IMG/VR virus record: IMGVR_UViG_3300025085_002722
Coordinates: 66,386-130,385 of that record
Length of the DNA stretch: 64,000 nt
Reading direction: 5' to 3' (one strand)
Source: a virus
Part shown: positions 1-9,966 of the stretch, in pieces
How the letters are laid out: every line of letters begins with the position of its first letter
Numbering within the stretch: the stretch's first letter is position 1
Notes under the pieces: model-generated
Databases searched by the model: none
Told to the model about the DNA's origin: nothing
Seen by the model: the letters and a program-made list of their open reading frames with translations, nothing else
Position numbers and translations under genes: made by a program

Positions 1-567
1 ATGAATCAACTTTGGGCACAGGCAAATGGTGAATGGCTTATGTTATGGAACGACGATGCTATTATGGAAACTAAAGATTGGGATTTAGAAATTGGAAAAT
101 TTGATAATGAATTTGCATTATTAAAATTTAATCAAACAAATCACAAACATCCATACGCATTATTTCCAGTAATACCCACAGACTGGTGCAGGCTTATTGG
201 TACGTTTAGTATGAATGCACAAAATGATGCATGGCTAAACTTAATTGCAAAACCGTTAAATATTATTAAAGATATACCTGTAGATGTATTTCATGACCGA
301 TTCGATCTTACTGGAAACAACGATGACGATATTTTTAGAAGCAGAGAATATGCAGAAGGCAATCCAGAAGATCCAAATGATTTAATGAGTGAAAATAATA
401 TCAGAATGCGAGATGCAGTTATACACAAAATTGCATGGTTCTGTAACAGAATTGGTCAAACAGATACAAGCGATTATTTTGATAAAGTAAAAGCAGGCGA
501 AATAGACCCATTTGATGATTGGAAAAAAATAAGAGAAGAATCCGTGGGATTAGGCTCAGGTTTATAA
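1..567 (+). CDS. GT-A/GT2-like glycosyltransferase, probably 5'-truncated by the window edge
   Basis: ANGEWLMLWNDD (DxD-type) segment and later NDAW motif typical of GT2-like enzymes; ORF begins at base 1. Confidence 0.55.
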   Translation: MNQLWAQANGEWLMLWNDDAIMETKDWDLEIGKFDNEFALLKFNQTNHKHPYALFPVIPTDWCRLIGTFSMNAQNDAWLNLIAKPLNIIKDIPVDVFHDRFDLTGNNDDDIFRSREYAEGNPEDPNDLMSENNIRMRDAVIHKIAWFCNRIGQTDTSDYFDKVKAGEIDPFDDWKKIREESVGLGSGL

Positions 568-570
568 ATA
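563..570 (+). promoter_or_regulatory. T4-type late promoter TATAAATA, 5 nt before the rpmG ATG
   Basis: TATAAATA-gtagc-ATG; the same spacing recurs at 15 other genes. Confidence 0.75.
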
Positions 571-575
571 GTAGC

Positions 576-779
576 ATGGCAAAGAAAGATAAAAGACGAA
601 CTATTGTATACTTAATTCCAGAGGGCGAGACTAGGGATCATCATACTTATCATTATACCGCAGTGAAAACTAAAGCACTTGTGATAGAAAACAGGAAATT
701 AAAACTTAAAAAATATAATCCTGTAAAGAGAATTCATGAGTATTTTGTTGAAGCAAAACTTCCCCCTCATAGTAAATAA
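576..779 (+). CDS. rpmG: 50S ribosomal protein bL33-like (Cys-less)
   Basis: MAKK..RTIVYL...YTAVK...KLKLKKYNPVKRIHEYFVEAK matches the L33 pattern (KLELKKYDP..R.H..F.E.K); true start ATG 576. Confidence 0.8.
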   Translation: MAKKDKRRTIVYLIPEGETRDHHTYHYTAVKTKALVIENRKLKLKKYNPVKRIHEYFVEAKLPPHSK

Positions 780-783
780 ATAG

Positions 784-812
784 TTGACAACTACTATAAA
801 TAGTTGTATAAT
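784..812 (+). promoter_or_regulatory. sigma70-type promoter with an embedded late promoter
   Basis: TTGACA 784-789, 17-nt spacer, TATAAT 807-812; TATAAATA at 795-802. Confidence 0.8.
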
Positions 813-821
813 AAGGTTATT

Positions 822-1259
822 ATGGAAGAAACAAGACATAAAATATTTGTTTACGGCACACTTAAATCTGACGGTATAAGAGGCCTTGATAAGCCTATAT
901 ACGATTTCTATGATTCAACCAAAGAAATTGAAAAAGAATTTATAGGTAAAGCAGTCACAACAGGCTCTAAATTTTCAATGGTAGATCTAGGTTCATTTCC
1001 TGGCGTTATTGTCAATGGTTACAATGACATATATGGCGAAGTATATGAAGGTGGTAACGACTTGTTAGAATACTGCGACATGATAGAGGGGCACCAAGGC
1101 GATAGAGCAAAAAACTTTTATCACAGAGATGAAGTTAATACATCTGAAGGCAAAGCATTCATTTATCATTTAGATCCATACTATGGAGATGAATATCCTA
1201 ACTATAAAGAAAGTAACCGAATTACATTCAAAAATAATATATTAACATGGCTAAATTAG
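822..1259 (+). CDS. gamma-glutamylcyclotransferase (AIG2/GGACT-like)
   Basis: IFVYGTLK, DLGSFPG, GEVY, CDMIEG, Y.R motifs; start at ATG 822. Confidence 0.85.
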   Translation: MEETRHKIFVYGTLKSDGIRGLDKPIYDFYDSTKEIEKEFIGKAVTTGSKFSMVDLGSFPGVIVNGYNDIYGEVYEGGNDLLEYCDMIEGHQGDRAKNFYHRDEVNTSEGKAFIYHLDPYYGDEYPNYKESNRITFKNNILTWLN

Positions 1260-1801
1260 AGTTTGCAAATAAATGGAACACTACACTAGTAGATCCAAAA
1301 CACCCAGCATTAAGAAATGAATGCACAATTGACCCATTAAGTACAGACATAGTATGGCAAACAGTTGAGCAAGAAATGTTTACACTGATGCAGGAAAGAT
1401 TTGGTATAGGCTTAGCCGCACCGCAACTGGGCAATCCAGTAAAAATGTTTGTAATGAGACACAGCACAGAAGGAAATATTGCAGTATACAATCCTAAAAT
1501 ATTAAATGTGTCAGAAGAACTAATTACATTAGAAGAAGGTTGTCTAACATTTCCAGGATTGTTTTTCCACATAACTAGACCAGAAGGCGTACAAGTAACT
1601 TTTCAAAATAGAAAAGGCGAAGAGCAAAGTATGGAACTTACTGGCATGGATTCTCGTTGCTTTCAGCACGAAACAGATCATTTGCATGGCATACTAAATC
1701 TCACTTATGTAAGCGATTTTAAATTACAAAGAGCACTAAAGAAAAGAGATAAACTGATTAAAAAGTATTCTAAGATGAAAAGATCAGTAAGTCGTGTATG
1801 A
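1247..1801 (+). CDS. def: peptide deformylase
   Basis: Three PDF motifs: GIGLAAPQLG, EGCLT, QHETDHLHG. Confidence 0.95.
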   Translation: MAKLEFANKWNTTLVDPKHPALRNECTIDPLSTDIVWQTVEQEMFTLMQERFGIGLAAPQLGNPVKMFVMRHSTEGNIAVYNPKILNVSEELITLEEGCLTFPGLFFHITRPEGVQVTFQNRKGEEQSMELTGMDSRCFQHETDHLHGILNLTYVSDFKLQRALKKRDKLIKKYSKMKRSVSRV

Positions 1802-2379
1802 TTCCTAAATACATTTATGACATTCCTAGTTTTATGTCTAAATCAGATTTAGAATCTATTTATGAATTAGCATATACGTTACCAAGCAATAGCAATATAT
1901 TAGAGATTGGTTGTTTTTTAGGCAGTACTACTTGCACATTAAAAGAAGCAAGACAAGACTCCAATTTATATTGTGTTGACAAATGGACTAACGAAAAACA
2001 CAATGATTACTTAATAGGATATGACAGGAAGACTGTATATGAAAATATAGAGTCTGATAAAAATTTATGGAGACAAAACACAAACCACTTAGATAATGTT
2101 TTTATGTATCATGAGAAGTCCCTAGATGTTGAATTTGACAACGATTTAAAATTTGATTTAATATTCTTAGATGGTGATCATACATATGGTAATGTAATAG
2201 GAGAATTAATTAAATTTTCAAAGTTATTAAAACCAAACGGTATCTTAGCAGGACATGATTACGGATGTGCACCTTGCACAAAAGCAATTACAAAGTTTGC
2301 TACAGACAATAATTTAGCAGTATGGACATTATTAGATAGTGTCTGGTACTATAAACCTTATAGGACTAGACAGAAATGA
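1798..2379 (+). CDS. class I SAM methyltransferase (Methyltransf_24-like)
   Basis: LEIGCFLGST, FDLIFLDGDHTY, GILAGHDY. Confidence 0.85.
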   Translation: MIPKYIYDIPSFMSKSDLESIYELAYTLPSNSNILEIGCFLGSTTCTLKEARQDSNLYCVDKWTNEKHNDYLIGYDRKTVYENIESDKNLWRQNTNHLDNVFMYHEKSLDVEFDNDLKFDLIFLDGDHTYGNVIGELIKFSKLLKPNGILAGHDYGCAPCTKAITKFATDNNLAVWTLLDSVWYYKPYRTRQK

Positions 2380-3221
2380 ATTATCCTTTTTGGGTCTTTG
2401 ATTGGAATCGTGTAAAAGACTATCAAGACAAATATCCACTTTCAAAAGAAATTTTTAAACACCCATTAAGTCTATGGTACGGTAATCGTAGTGCCAAACC
2501 TATAAAAGGTTTAGATAAAAGTTTACGCAGATTATTCAAACGTAGTGGCGACAAAATGCCTGTGCTAGTAGTGTATAATATGCCTAATAGAGATATAGGC
2601 CAATACAGCAAAGGTGGTGCCAAAACACATGACGAGTACTTAGAATTTATACAAGATTTTGCTAATGGTGTAGGCAAAAACAAGCCAATTGTAATTTTTG
2701 AACCTGATGCTATACCTCATTTAACTCATTTAGAAAAAGGAGAAGCAAACAGTAGGATAAAATTAATTAAGCAGGCATTAGAAATTTTAACACAAACTAA
2801 TGCCATTGTGTATATAGATGTAGGGCATAGTAATTGGTTAAGTCCAGAAGAAGTAAATCAATTTTTAAATAAAGTTACCAATACTAAAGTAAGAGGGTTT
2901 AGTGTTAATGTAAGTAACTATAGAACAACAATAGAGTCGGCAAAGTGGGCAAACAAAATATGCGAACTTAGACCACAAGATTATTATGTTATAGATACTA
3001 GTCGTAACGGCAATGGTCCACATGGCAACGATTGGTGTAATCCACCAGGTAGAGCATTAGGTGAGCCGCCTACATGCAATACAGGATTAGAAAAATGCGA
3101 TGCATTTTTATGGATTAAGATACCAGGAGAAAGCGATGGTAAAGCAAACGGTGGCCCAAGAGCAGGAAGAATGTGGGGCGAAATGGCCGAAGAACTAGTA
3201 AGGAATACAAAATGGATTTAA
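2376..3221 (+). CDS. glycoside hydrolase family 6 (cellulase/endoglucanase-like)
   Basis: VVYNMPNRD, IFEPDA, YIDVGHSNW, GFSVNVSNY, IDTSRNG, WCNPPGRALG, LWIKIPGESDG. Confidence 0.9.
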   Translation: MNYPFWVFDWNRVKDYQDKYPLSKEIFKHPLSLWYGNRSAKPIKGLDKSLRRLFKRSGDKMPVLVVYNMPNRDIGQYSKGGAKTHDEYLEFIQDFANGVGKNKPIVIFEPDAIPHLTHLEKGEANSRIKLIKQALEILTQTNAIVYIDVGHSNWLSPEEVNQFLNKVTNTKVRGFSVNVSNYRTTIESAKWANKICELRPQDYYVIDTSRNGNGPHGNDWCNPPGRALGEPPTCNTGLEKCDAFLWIKIPGESDGKANGGPRAGRMWGEMAEELVRNTKWI

Positions 3222-3790
3222 ACTTTTTTATAATAGATAACTTTTATAATAATCCAGACGAAGTTAGAGAATTTGCTCTGAGTAAAGAATTTATAACAGA
3301 AGGCAATTATCCTGGATTTAGAACAGGTCCAGAAGAACTACAACAACATAATTATTTAAAAACATTTTTTGAAGATAGTGTAATTAAAAAACCTATATCA
3401 TACTGGCCAGAAGAATACAACACCGCTTATCAAATTACTACAGAAGAATCTAAAACATGGATACACCATGACGAAACTACATGGGCGGCAGTATTATACT
3501 TAACACCAGATGCACCTGCAGAATCAGGTACAGGAATATACAGACATAAACCAACAGGTATTTATGAATGGGACGGTGTTAAAGATTCTGCATCTGATTT
3601 TAATAATTCTGATTTTCTAGGTGAGGAACATATAGACCAATGGGAGCAGATTGCATTTGTTGGTAATGTGTATAATAGATTAGTATGCTACAAAGGGTCA
3701 CTTTACCATAGAAGTGTATTACCAGGATTTGGAACAGATAAATATTCAGGTAGATTGTTTCAAACATTCTTCTTTGATACACAGGAATAG
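3212..3790 (+). CDS. 2OG-Fe(II) oxygenase (DUF6445-like)
   Basis: IIDNFYNNPD.VR..AL, WIHHD, AAVLYLTP, YNRLV.Y...YH.S, RLFQTFF; start ATG 3212. Confidence 0.8.
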   Translation: MDLNFFIIDNFYNNPDEVREFALSKEFITEGNYPGFRTGPEELQQHNYLKTFFEDSVIKKPISYWPEEYNTAYQITTEESKTWIHHDETTWAAVLYLTPDAPAESGTGIYRHKPTGIYEWDGVKDSASDFNNSDFLGEEHIDQWEQIAFVGNVYNRLVCYKGSLYHRSVLPGFGTDKYSGRLFQTFFFDTQE

Positions 3791-3791
3791 T

Positions 3792-4469
3792 ATGGATAGT
3801 TATTGGGAATGGAATAAAGAAAATTTTGAATGGCATTACGACCCAGCATCTAAGCATTCTGATGTACAATATGTAGGAAAATACATATCTAATCCTAAAT
3901 CATTGCTTACAGACGTTGTAAGTGCGTCTAGTGACGCCTTAAGTGACGATGATGCATACAATGAAGTAAGTATCAAAGGCTCACCCTACAACAAAGAAGC
4001 CGCAGAAATAATGGAAGGGTATCATAACGATTTAACTCGTGCAGGATTTACTCCACATAATACAGGCGGCAGACAAACATGGAATGTATGCGATACGTTT
4101 CGTAAAATGGGCAAATTAAGTGGATTAAAAAATCCGCAAATAATGTTTTTAGAACAACCACCAGGAAAAGCAATTCCATGGCATAGAGACAGTTATAATA
4201 ATTACAGACGTAACTTTGCTAAAGTTAGCGACGACACTGAAGTAATACGTTACCTAGTTCAACTCAATGACTGGAAATGGGGACACTATGTATCAGTGGG
4301 CAATGATGTACTACACCAATACCAGATAGGCGACATACATTGCTGGAAAGAAGGCATCTATCATGCTACCGGTAATGTAGGCTATTGGCCTAGATGGAGT
4401 TTGACTATTACTGGACAAGTAACACCCGATTCATTGCATTTGCACGAACCAAAAGAAATACTAATATGA
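3792..4469 (+). CDS. cupin/2OG-Fe(II) oxygenase-like protein
   Basis: QPPG..IPWHRD ... YHATGN.G..PR facial-triad pattern; start ATG 3792. Confidence 0.65.
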   Translation: MDSYWEWNKENFEWHYDPASKHSDVQYVGKYISNPKSLLTDVVSASSDALSDDDAYNEVSIKGSPYNKEAAEIMEGYHNDLTRAGFTPHNTGGRQTWNVCDTFRKMGKLSGLKNPQIMFLEQPPGKAIPWHRDSYNNYRRNFAKVSDDTEVIRYLVQLNDWKWGHYVSVGNDVLHQYQIGDIHCWKEGIYHATGNVGYWPRWSLTITGQVTPDSLHLHEPKEILI

Positions 4470-4795
4470 CATTTGTAGTTGGAAGTCCTTGTGTAGGGTG
4501 TAAAGATACTGCCTGTGTAAAAGTATGCCCGGTAGATTGCTTTTATGAAGGTCCTGACATGCTTTACATTGATCCTGATGAATGCATTGACTGTGCATTA
4601 TGTGAGCCAGAGTGTCCAGTAGAGGCAATTTGGAGCGATGACGAATTACCACAAGAAGAAATACCATTTATTGAAATCAACGAAAAAGGTGCAGAAAAAT
4701 ACAGAGATGCAAATATCGTAGATCAACAAGACCCAATGGCACATAAATCACCATATACTACTGCTGAAGCAATCAAGGTAGTCCAGATAGATTAG
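4466..4795 (+). CDS. fdxA: 7Fe-type ferredoxin (FdxA family)
   Basis: [50 protein letters not shown]. Confidence 0.92.
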   Translation: MTFVVGSPCVGCKDTACVKVCPVDCFYEGPDMLYIDPDECIDCALCEPECPVEAIWSDDELPQEEIPFIEINEKGAEKYRDANIVDQQDPMAHKSPYTTAEAIKVVQID

Positions 4796-4816
4796 AAAAA
4801 AGAGATAAATACTACT

Positions 4817-6934
4817 ATGGACCGTTCAAATATCATAGTAGTATACCCAGGTAGATTCCAACCTTTTCACAAAGGACACAAATCAGTGTTCGATCATCTT
4901 AAAAAAGATTGGCCCAATGTGTATATTGCTACTACAGATAAAGTTCAACCAGGCAAATCACCATTTAATTTCCAAGATAAATTAAATTTTATGCAACTGT
5001 TAGGCATTGATAAAAGCGATGTATTACAAGTAAGAAATACCTATAATGGGCAAGAGTATATAGACCAATTTGGAAAGAAATATACGGCTAGCGACACAGG
5101 GTTAATTATGGTCGTAAGCGAAAAAGATATGGTTGATGACCCAAGATTTAACTTCCCCAATACGGGAATGTCTATTAAAAAGGACGGTAATCCTGCATAT
5201 TTACAAAAATTTACACACGAAGATGATATGAAAAGTATGGCTGAGCATGGTTATATAATGACTGCTCCTATCTTTCCATTTAAAATAGCAGGACACGATT
5301 TAGATAGTGCTAGTCAAATTAGAGAACTAATGAAAGGAGACGAGGAACTAGCAAAACAGGTTTTTGTGGACTTATATGATAAATACAACGAAGACCTATT
5401 TAAACTTATACGAGAGAAACTTATGATAACTGAACAGGAAATATTAGACTTAAATTACATGCGTAAAATGGCAGGTTTACAAGAAGTAGACGTAGAAGAT
5501 GATGACTATGCTGTAAATCCAGGCTACAAAGAATTAGCAATGTTTGACCAATTAGGTAAAATTATTGACAGTGACGAAATGTCCAAAGATGGCGATGACA
5601 TTAAAAATCCTAAAGCAACTGTAAAAACAGATGACGGTTCAGAAATGGAAGTAAGTGTAGGTGAAGCAAAAGCACTAAGAAAAATGGTAAACATGTTAGG
5701 CTCAAATAGAGGAGCAGAAGATAAATCACCTAGAGAAAAGTTTTTAGATGCAATTCAAAAAGAAGAAGGTCTTAGAAATATGATCGAATTTGCTAATTCA
5801 AAAGGTTTAGTAGAAGAAGGTGATGTAGAAGAAGGTAACGCATTTGGTAAAGCGGCTAGAAACACTAAGAAAGGTGATAAATTTTCAGTAGGTGGCAAAA
5901 CATTTACAAAAGAAGAATTACAAGATTTAGACTTAAATGATATTAGATACGAATATGGTGTAAAACCAGTATCAGAAGGCGGTAATGCATTTGATATAGC
6001 AATGACAGATGCAGAAGATGTTATTATGACATGCCAGGATCAAGAACAATGTTTAAAAGATTTAGAAGCATTAATTAAAGATGGTGCAGAAGATTGGGAC
6101 GACAAATATGCAAACGAAGTTGTGCAAGACTACATCACATTAGTAGTTGACAAAGGCATAGAAGGTGCCAAAGAATATGTAGAACAACAAAATAGAGAAC
6201 CAGAAGGTGCACCATTAGAAAGCAAAGGTGCAAAACCAGACTACATTGACATAGACGGCGATGGCGACAAAGAAGAGCCAATGAAAAAAGCAGTCCAAGA
6301 CAAAAAGAAGAAAGAAGAAAGTTTCGATGTTAGTGCAGAACAAAGTCGTGAGGAAGAAGCATACGAAGAACTAATGACTGCATTACAAACTGGCGGTGAA
6401 GAAGCATACGCAAAAGCATGTGGTTTATCAATGAAAGAACTAGATGATGAAATGAGTGAGATTGGCAGAGACCTAAACTTACACATGGATGACGACAGAG
6501 ATGAAATTATTCAAAGACATGCTGAAGATACTGTAGACAATGCAGATTGGAAAGACTATGGTGGAATGGATCATGACATGGAAGAAGATTTAGAAAGAAT
6601 GCGTGAATTAGCAGGCATTGAAGAAATTGCTGAAGAGTGGAACTGGGATAAAGGTAGTTATGATGAAAAAGCAGGCTATGATGCTAACTTTAGTCTGTGG
6701 TCACAAGAAGTACAAAAAGAAAGAAGTCAATATGGCGACAAACCATTTAGCAGTCATGAGGAAATGCATCAAGAGTTTAAGAAAATAATGAAAGATAGAG
6801 GTATCAATGTATTTGCTCAACAACGGTTAAGTCAAAAAATGAAGGCTCAAAAAAGTCAAGCAGAAATAGACAAGTACAGAGGCATTAAGGTGAAGGACTT
6901 TGAGAGAAGAAGATCTGAAATGCAAACGGATTAA
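4817..6934 (+). CDS. HxGH nucleotidyltransferase-like domain fused to a long acidic modular tail; putative virion-internal protein
   Basis: YPGRFQPFHKGH and SASQIR in the N-terminal ~200 aa; acidic C-terminus with LAG helices and a DxDxDG module; late promoter at 4805-4811. Confidence 0.7.
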   Translation: MDRSNIIVVYPGRFQPFHKGHKSVFDHLKKDWPNVYIATTDKVQPGKSPFNFQDKLNFMQLLGIDKSDVLQVRNTYNGQEYIDQFGKKYTASDTGLIMVVSEKDMVDDPRFNFPNTGMSIKKDGNPAYLQKFTHEDDMKSMAEHGYIMTAPIFPFKIAGHDLDSASQIRELMKGDEELAKQVFVDLYDKYNEDLFKLIREKLMITEQEILDLNYMRKMAGLQEVDVEDDDYAVNPGYKELAMFDQLGKIIDSDEMSKDGDDIKNPKATVKTDDGSEMEVSVGEAKALRKMVNMLGSNRGAEDKSPREKFLDAIQKEEGLRNMIEFANSKGLVEEGDVEEGNAFGKAARNTKKGDKFSVGGKTFTKEELQDLDLNDIRYEYGVKPVSEGGNAFDIAMTDAEDVIMTCQDQEQCLKDLEALIKDGAEDWDDKYANEVVQDYITLVVDKGIEGAKEYVEQQNREPEGAPLESKGAKPDYIDIDGDGDKEEPMKKAVQDKKKKEESFDVSAEQSREEEAYEELMTALQTGGEEAYAKACGLSMKELDDEMSEIGRDLNLHMDDDRDEIIQRHAEDTVDNADWKDYGGMDHDMEEDLERMRELAGIEEIAEEWNWDKGSYDEKAGYDANFSLWSQEVQKERSQYGDKPFSSHEEMHQEFKKIMKDRGINVFAQQRLSQKMKAQKSQAEIDKYRGIKVKDFERRRSEMQTD

Positions 6935-6939
6935 TAACT

Positions 6940-7350
6940 ATGAGTAAAGTAAGCAAAGAAGATTTAAAAAAACTACAAGAACTAGCAGGTATCTATTCAG
7001 ATGTATTGAACGAAAAAGATGCTGGTAGTAGTGATAATGTTAAAGTAGCAATAGGTCATGTTGACAACGAAAGAGACATGATTAGAAGACAACTTTATCA
7101 AATGGGAAAATATAGTGTAGAGATCGCAAAGACTCTAAAAGAATTGCCAGATTCAGATTTCCCAAATTGGTGGCAAGCAAAAATTACTAAAGCAGGTGCA
7201 TATCTAAGTGATTGTGCTCACTATTTAGAAAACACAATGCAAGTACCACCGGGTAACGATATGACCAAAGACGGCACACAAGGTGAAGTTGAAGTATCAG
7301 ATCCAGACTATTACGACGATAGAGATCAAGACCCAAGCGGCGTAAGTTAA
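6940..7350 (+). CDS. hypothetical phage protein with LAG helix
   Basis: DLKKLQELAGI N-terminal motif; PNWWQAKITKA..YL helical module. Confidence 0.6.
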   Translation: MSKVSKEDLKKLQELAGIYSDVLNEKDAGSSDNVKVAIGHVDNERDMIRRQLYQMGKYSVEIAKTLKELPDSDFPNWWQAKITKAGAYLSDCAHYLENTMQVPPGNDMTKDGTQGEVEVSDPDYYDDRDQDPSGVS

Positions 7351-7391
7351 ATCCCCCATAAATATCCATAGTATCAAGGATAAATATTACT

Positions 7392-8045
7392 ATGGCGGCT
7401 ACAAAGCAAGAGCAATACATTGATAAGATTTTTAGAGACGGTGCAATAGAATTTGTAGGGTCAGAAAGTCGACTAGATTTTGACTTAATGGGCATAGATC
7501 ATTTTAATTACCTACAGCATCATGGACTTAGATCTCATCATATATTTTTTGATGTTGGTTGTGGAGCATTAAGAACAGGCCAATATGTTATACCCTATCT
7601 AGAGTCAGGTAATTATTTTGGGTTAGACAGAATGCCCCAACTTATAGAGTATGGATTAAATGACGTACTAACACCAGAAATTGTTTTTGAAAAACATCCT
7701 AAATTTTCAGTAAACAATAATTTTAATTGCACGTTTGTAGATAAGCCAGTTGATTTTGCATGGTGTCAAAGTTTAATGTCACATCTTAGTATAGCAGATA
7801 TAACAGAATGCTTAAAAAACGTTAAAGAAACATTAGCACCTAATGGCAGAATTTACTTTACTTACTTCCAATTAGAAGGGTTAGATGAGGAAGAAGCAAT
7901 CTCTCAAGACACTCACTCAAAAGAAGATTTATTCTACAGCGAACAACACATGGATAAAATTGTTGCAAGTTGTGGTCTAACCAAATTATATAACGGTCCA
8001 GTAGGTCATCCAAGAGGCCAATGGATGTACATTTGTAAGGTATAA
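7392..8045 (+). CDS. class I SAM methyltransferase
   Basis: FDVGCGALRTG, YFGLD, DFAWCQSLMSHL; late promoter at 7380-7386. Confidence 0.85.
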   Translation: MAATKQEQYIDKIFRDGAIEFVGSESRLDFDLMGIDHFNYLQHHGLRSHHIFFDVGCGALRTGQYVIPYLESGNYFGLDRMPQLIEYGLNDVLTPEIVFEKHPKFSVNNNFNCTFVDKPVDFAWCQSLMSHLSIADITECLKNVKETLAPNGRIYFTYFQLEGLDEEEAISQDTHSKEDLFYSEQHMDKIVASCGLTKLYNGPVGHPRGQWMYICKV

Positions 8046-8053
8046 ATAAAAGC

Positions 8054-8275
8054 ATGAAAGTTGAAATATATAGCAAACCACAATGTCCATACTGTGATAT
8101 GGCAAAAGCATTAGCAGAACAAAAAGGTCACGACTTAACAGTTAAAATGTTAGACGTTGACTTTGACAGGGAAGCATTAATGGAAGCATTTCCAGGAGCA
8201 AGAACATTCCCACAAATCATTGTAGACGGTGATAAAATTGGTGGGTATCAAGAATACAAAAAATTAGTAGGCTAA
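8054..8275 (+). CDS. grx: glutaredoxin
   Basis: CPYC, RTFPQI, IGGY. Confidence 0.93.
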   Translation: MKVEIYSKPQCPYCDMAKALAEQKGHDLTVKMLDVDFDREALMEAFPGARTFPQIIVDGDKIGGYQEYKKLVG

Positions 8276-8814
8276 CATTGAGTCGCTACGATATGTATTC
8301 TATCCTCATTGCTGAAATTTACTGCAGAATGTAAATAATTCGTACGCATCAAGTACGCATTTCCTGTTTCTAAATTATAGTGTTTAATCGAAATATCAGT
8401 GCCTGTATCGGTTGCTACAGGCTTATCCGTATAGAACATTAAAAAGTTTTGATCGTTTGTTATAACAGGTATATGTAGGCGTAAGACGTGCTCTATGCCG
8501 TCATGATGTACACTATAGCAAGTACGTCTTGCTTTATTCATTATACGCCATCTACAGTAATTAGGTGCTAAACTTTGTATTAATTCGCCTATATAACGGT
8601 CTTTTATGCTGTTATTAACTACAGTAAAGTCGCTTTCTTTATGCTGTAAATCTGCTATTTTACCAATGCTACAATCCCAATCATCATTGCCTGTAATACT
8701 AGTTAGACTGATTTGTTGGTTAGGCCACAGCGGAGTTAAGCCAAGTATATACTCAACATCTTCTAAAAGTTGTTTTTGATCTATTTGTAATGATAGTTTG
8801 TTTATATATTCCAT
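8272..8814 (-). CDS. Asp/Asn beta-hydroxylase-like 2OG-Fe(II) oxygenase
   Basis: YSVHHD, RLHIPVITN, HSAVN...DRIHIV. Confidence 0.8.
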   Translation of the reverse strand: MEYINKLSLQIDQKQLLEDVEYILGLTPLWPNQQISLTSITGNDDWDCSIGKIADLQHKESDFTVVNNSIKDRYIGELIQSLAPNYCRWRIMNKARRTCYSVHHDGIEHVLRLHIPVITNDQNFLMFYTDKPVATDTGTDISIKHYNLETGNAYLMRTNYLHSAVNFSNEDRIHIVATQC

Positions 8815-9437
8815 GGTACTAACTTAAATCGCTCTTTTGGTAAGCCTAAGTATTTAGTAGTCCATTCGCTTTGTCCAACAAAATCTAAGTGTGCCCATTC
8901 TGATTTTTTAGAAATTTTTTCTTGAGCAAAGTTTTTCCAATCAGTGTTTATTAATAATTCTTCTATTACAGATTTCTTTTCTTCTACTTCATCTATACTG
9001 TTACTATCCCACTCATAGTGAAACAGTTCCATAGTATTATATCTACTATCGTCTACATAATCTAAACTGATGTCTATACCCCACTTAGGTTTAAGTTGAG
9101 TCATTTTGTGTATAAGATGATTACCTTCTGCCCAATGCCCTAACTGTTCTAGAGCATATCCGTGATAACCTTTGCGTTCGAATAAGTAAGAATGATTAAT
9201 ATGAGGACCACTAGTTGTGTGTGATTCGAACCAAGGTTTTGCTATTGATCTTCTGTAACGTACAAAGTCTGCTTCGCCCATATTCTTTTTAGCATACTCT
9301 TGCTCAAGTGGACATAAGTCATATCCGCTTTGATCAAATAAATGTAACATATCAGCATTAGGACAATGCATTTGTTCTATGGCTGTACCCCAAGTACCTT
9401 GTGAATTAAATGTATTTTTGCTTTTACTAATGTGCAT
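8802..9437 (-). CDS. hypothetical protein
   Basis: 211-aa ORF overlapping both neighbours in a minus-strand operon. Confidence 0.6.
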   Translation of the reverse strand: MHISKSKNTFNSQGTWGTAIEQMHCPNADMLHLFDQSGYDLCPLEQEYAKKNMGEADFVRYRRSIAKPWFESHTTSGPHINHSYLFERKGYHGYALEQLGHWAEGNHLIHKMTQLKPKWGIDISLDYVDDSRYNTMELFHYEWDSNSIDEVEEKKSVIEELLINTDWKNFAQEKISKKSEWAHLDFVGQSEWTTKYLGLPKERFKLVPWNI

Positions 9438-9966
9438 ACCAATCCAAAATTAAATGTATTCTATCTTCATTTGAATTATTATAAACCGAATGCATATCCT
9501 GATTATCAATTTCAAATATTTCTCCTGATTTCATATAGATAGTCTCAGAACCTACTGTAAATTCAACTTTATTATTAGTAACTATAGGTATATGTATTCT
9601 ACTATTTATAGAAAAAGAATCACCGGTATCAATGTGTGGATATATAAAACATTGTGCTGGTAGAAGAGCAAACATAACCCTTATAGGGTGACCAGTTTTA
9701 TAATTATTAATTTTTTTAAATAACTCTTTAAAAAATACTTCATCCACATATTTGTCCCAATATTCTGTTTTAGGTGCACTTTGAGATGTGTATTCAAACT
9801 TGATAGATTCTAAAGACCACATCAATGGAATTACTTTTGTACTACTGTGAACTGCATAGTACGAATGTCTGATTATTGAATAAGGATTATCCCAATCATT
9901 GGAATTAGATAATTTATTAGTAATAGATTCTATATTGATATCATCAATATAAACAAATGGTTTCAT
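9427..9966 (-). CDS. Asp/Asn beta-hydroxylase-like 2OG-Fe(II) oxygenase
   Basis: IYPHID, RIHIPIVTN, HSVYN...DRIHLILD. Confidence 0.85.
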   Translation of the reverse strand: MKPFVYIDDINIESITNKLSNSNDWDNPYSIIRHSYYAVHSSTKVIPLMWSLESIKFEYTSQSAPKTEYWDKYVDEVFFKELFKKINNYKTGHPIRVMFALLPAQCFIYPHIDTGDSFSINSRIHIPIVTNNKVEFTVGSETIYMKSGEIFEIDNQDMHSVYNNSNEDRIHLILDWYAH

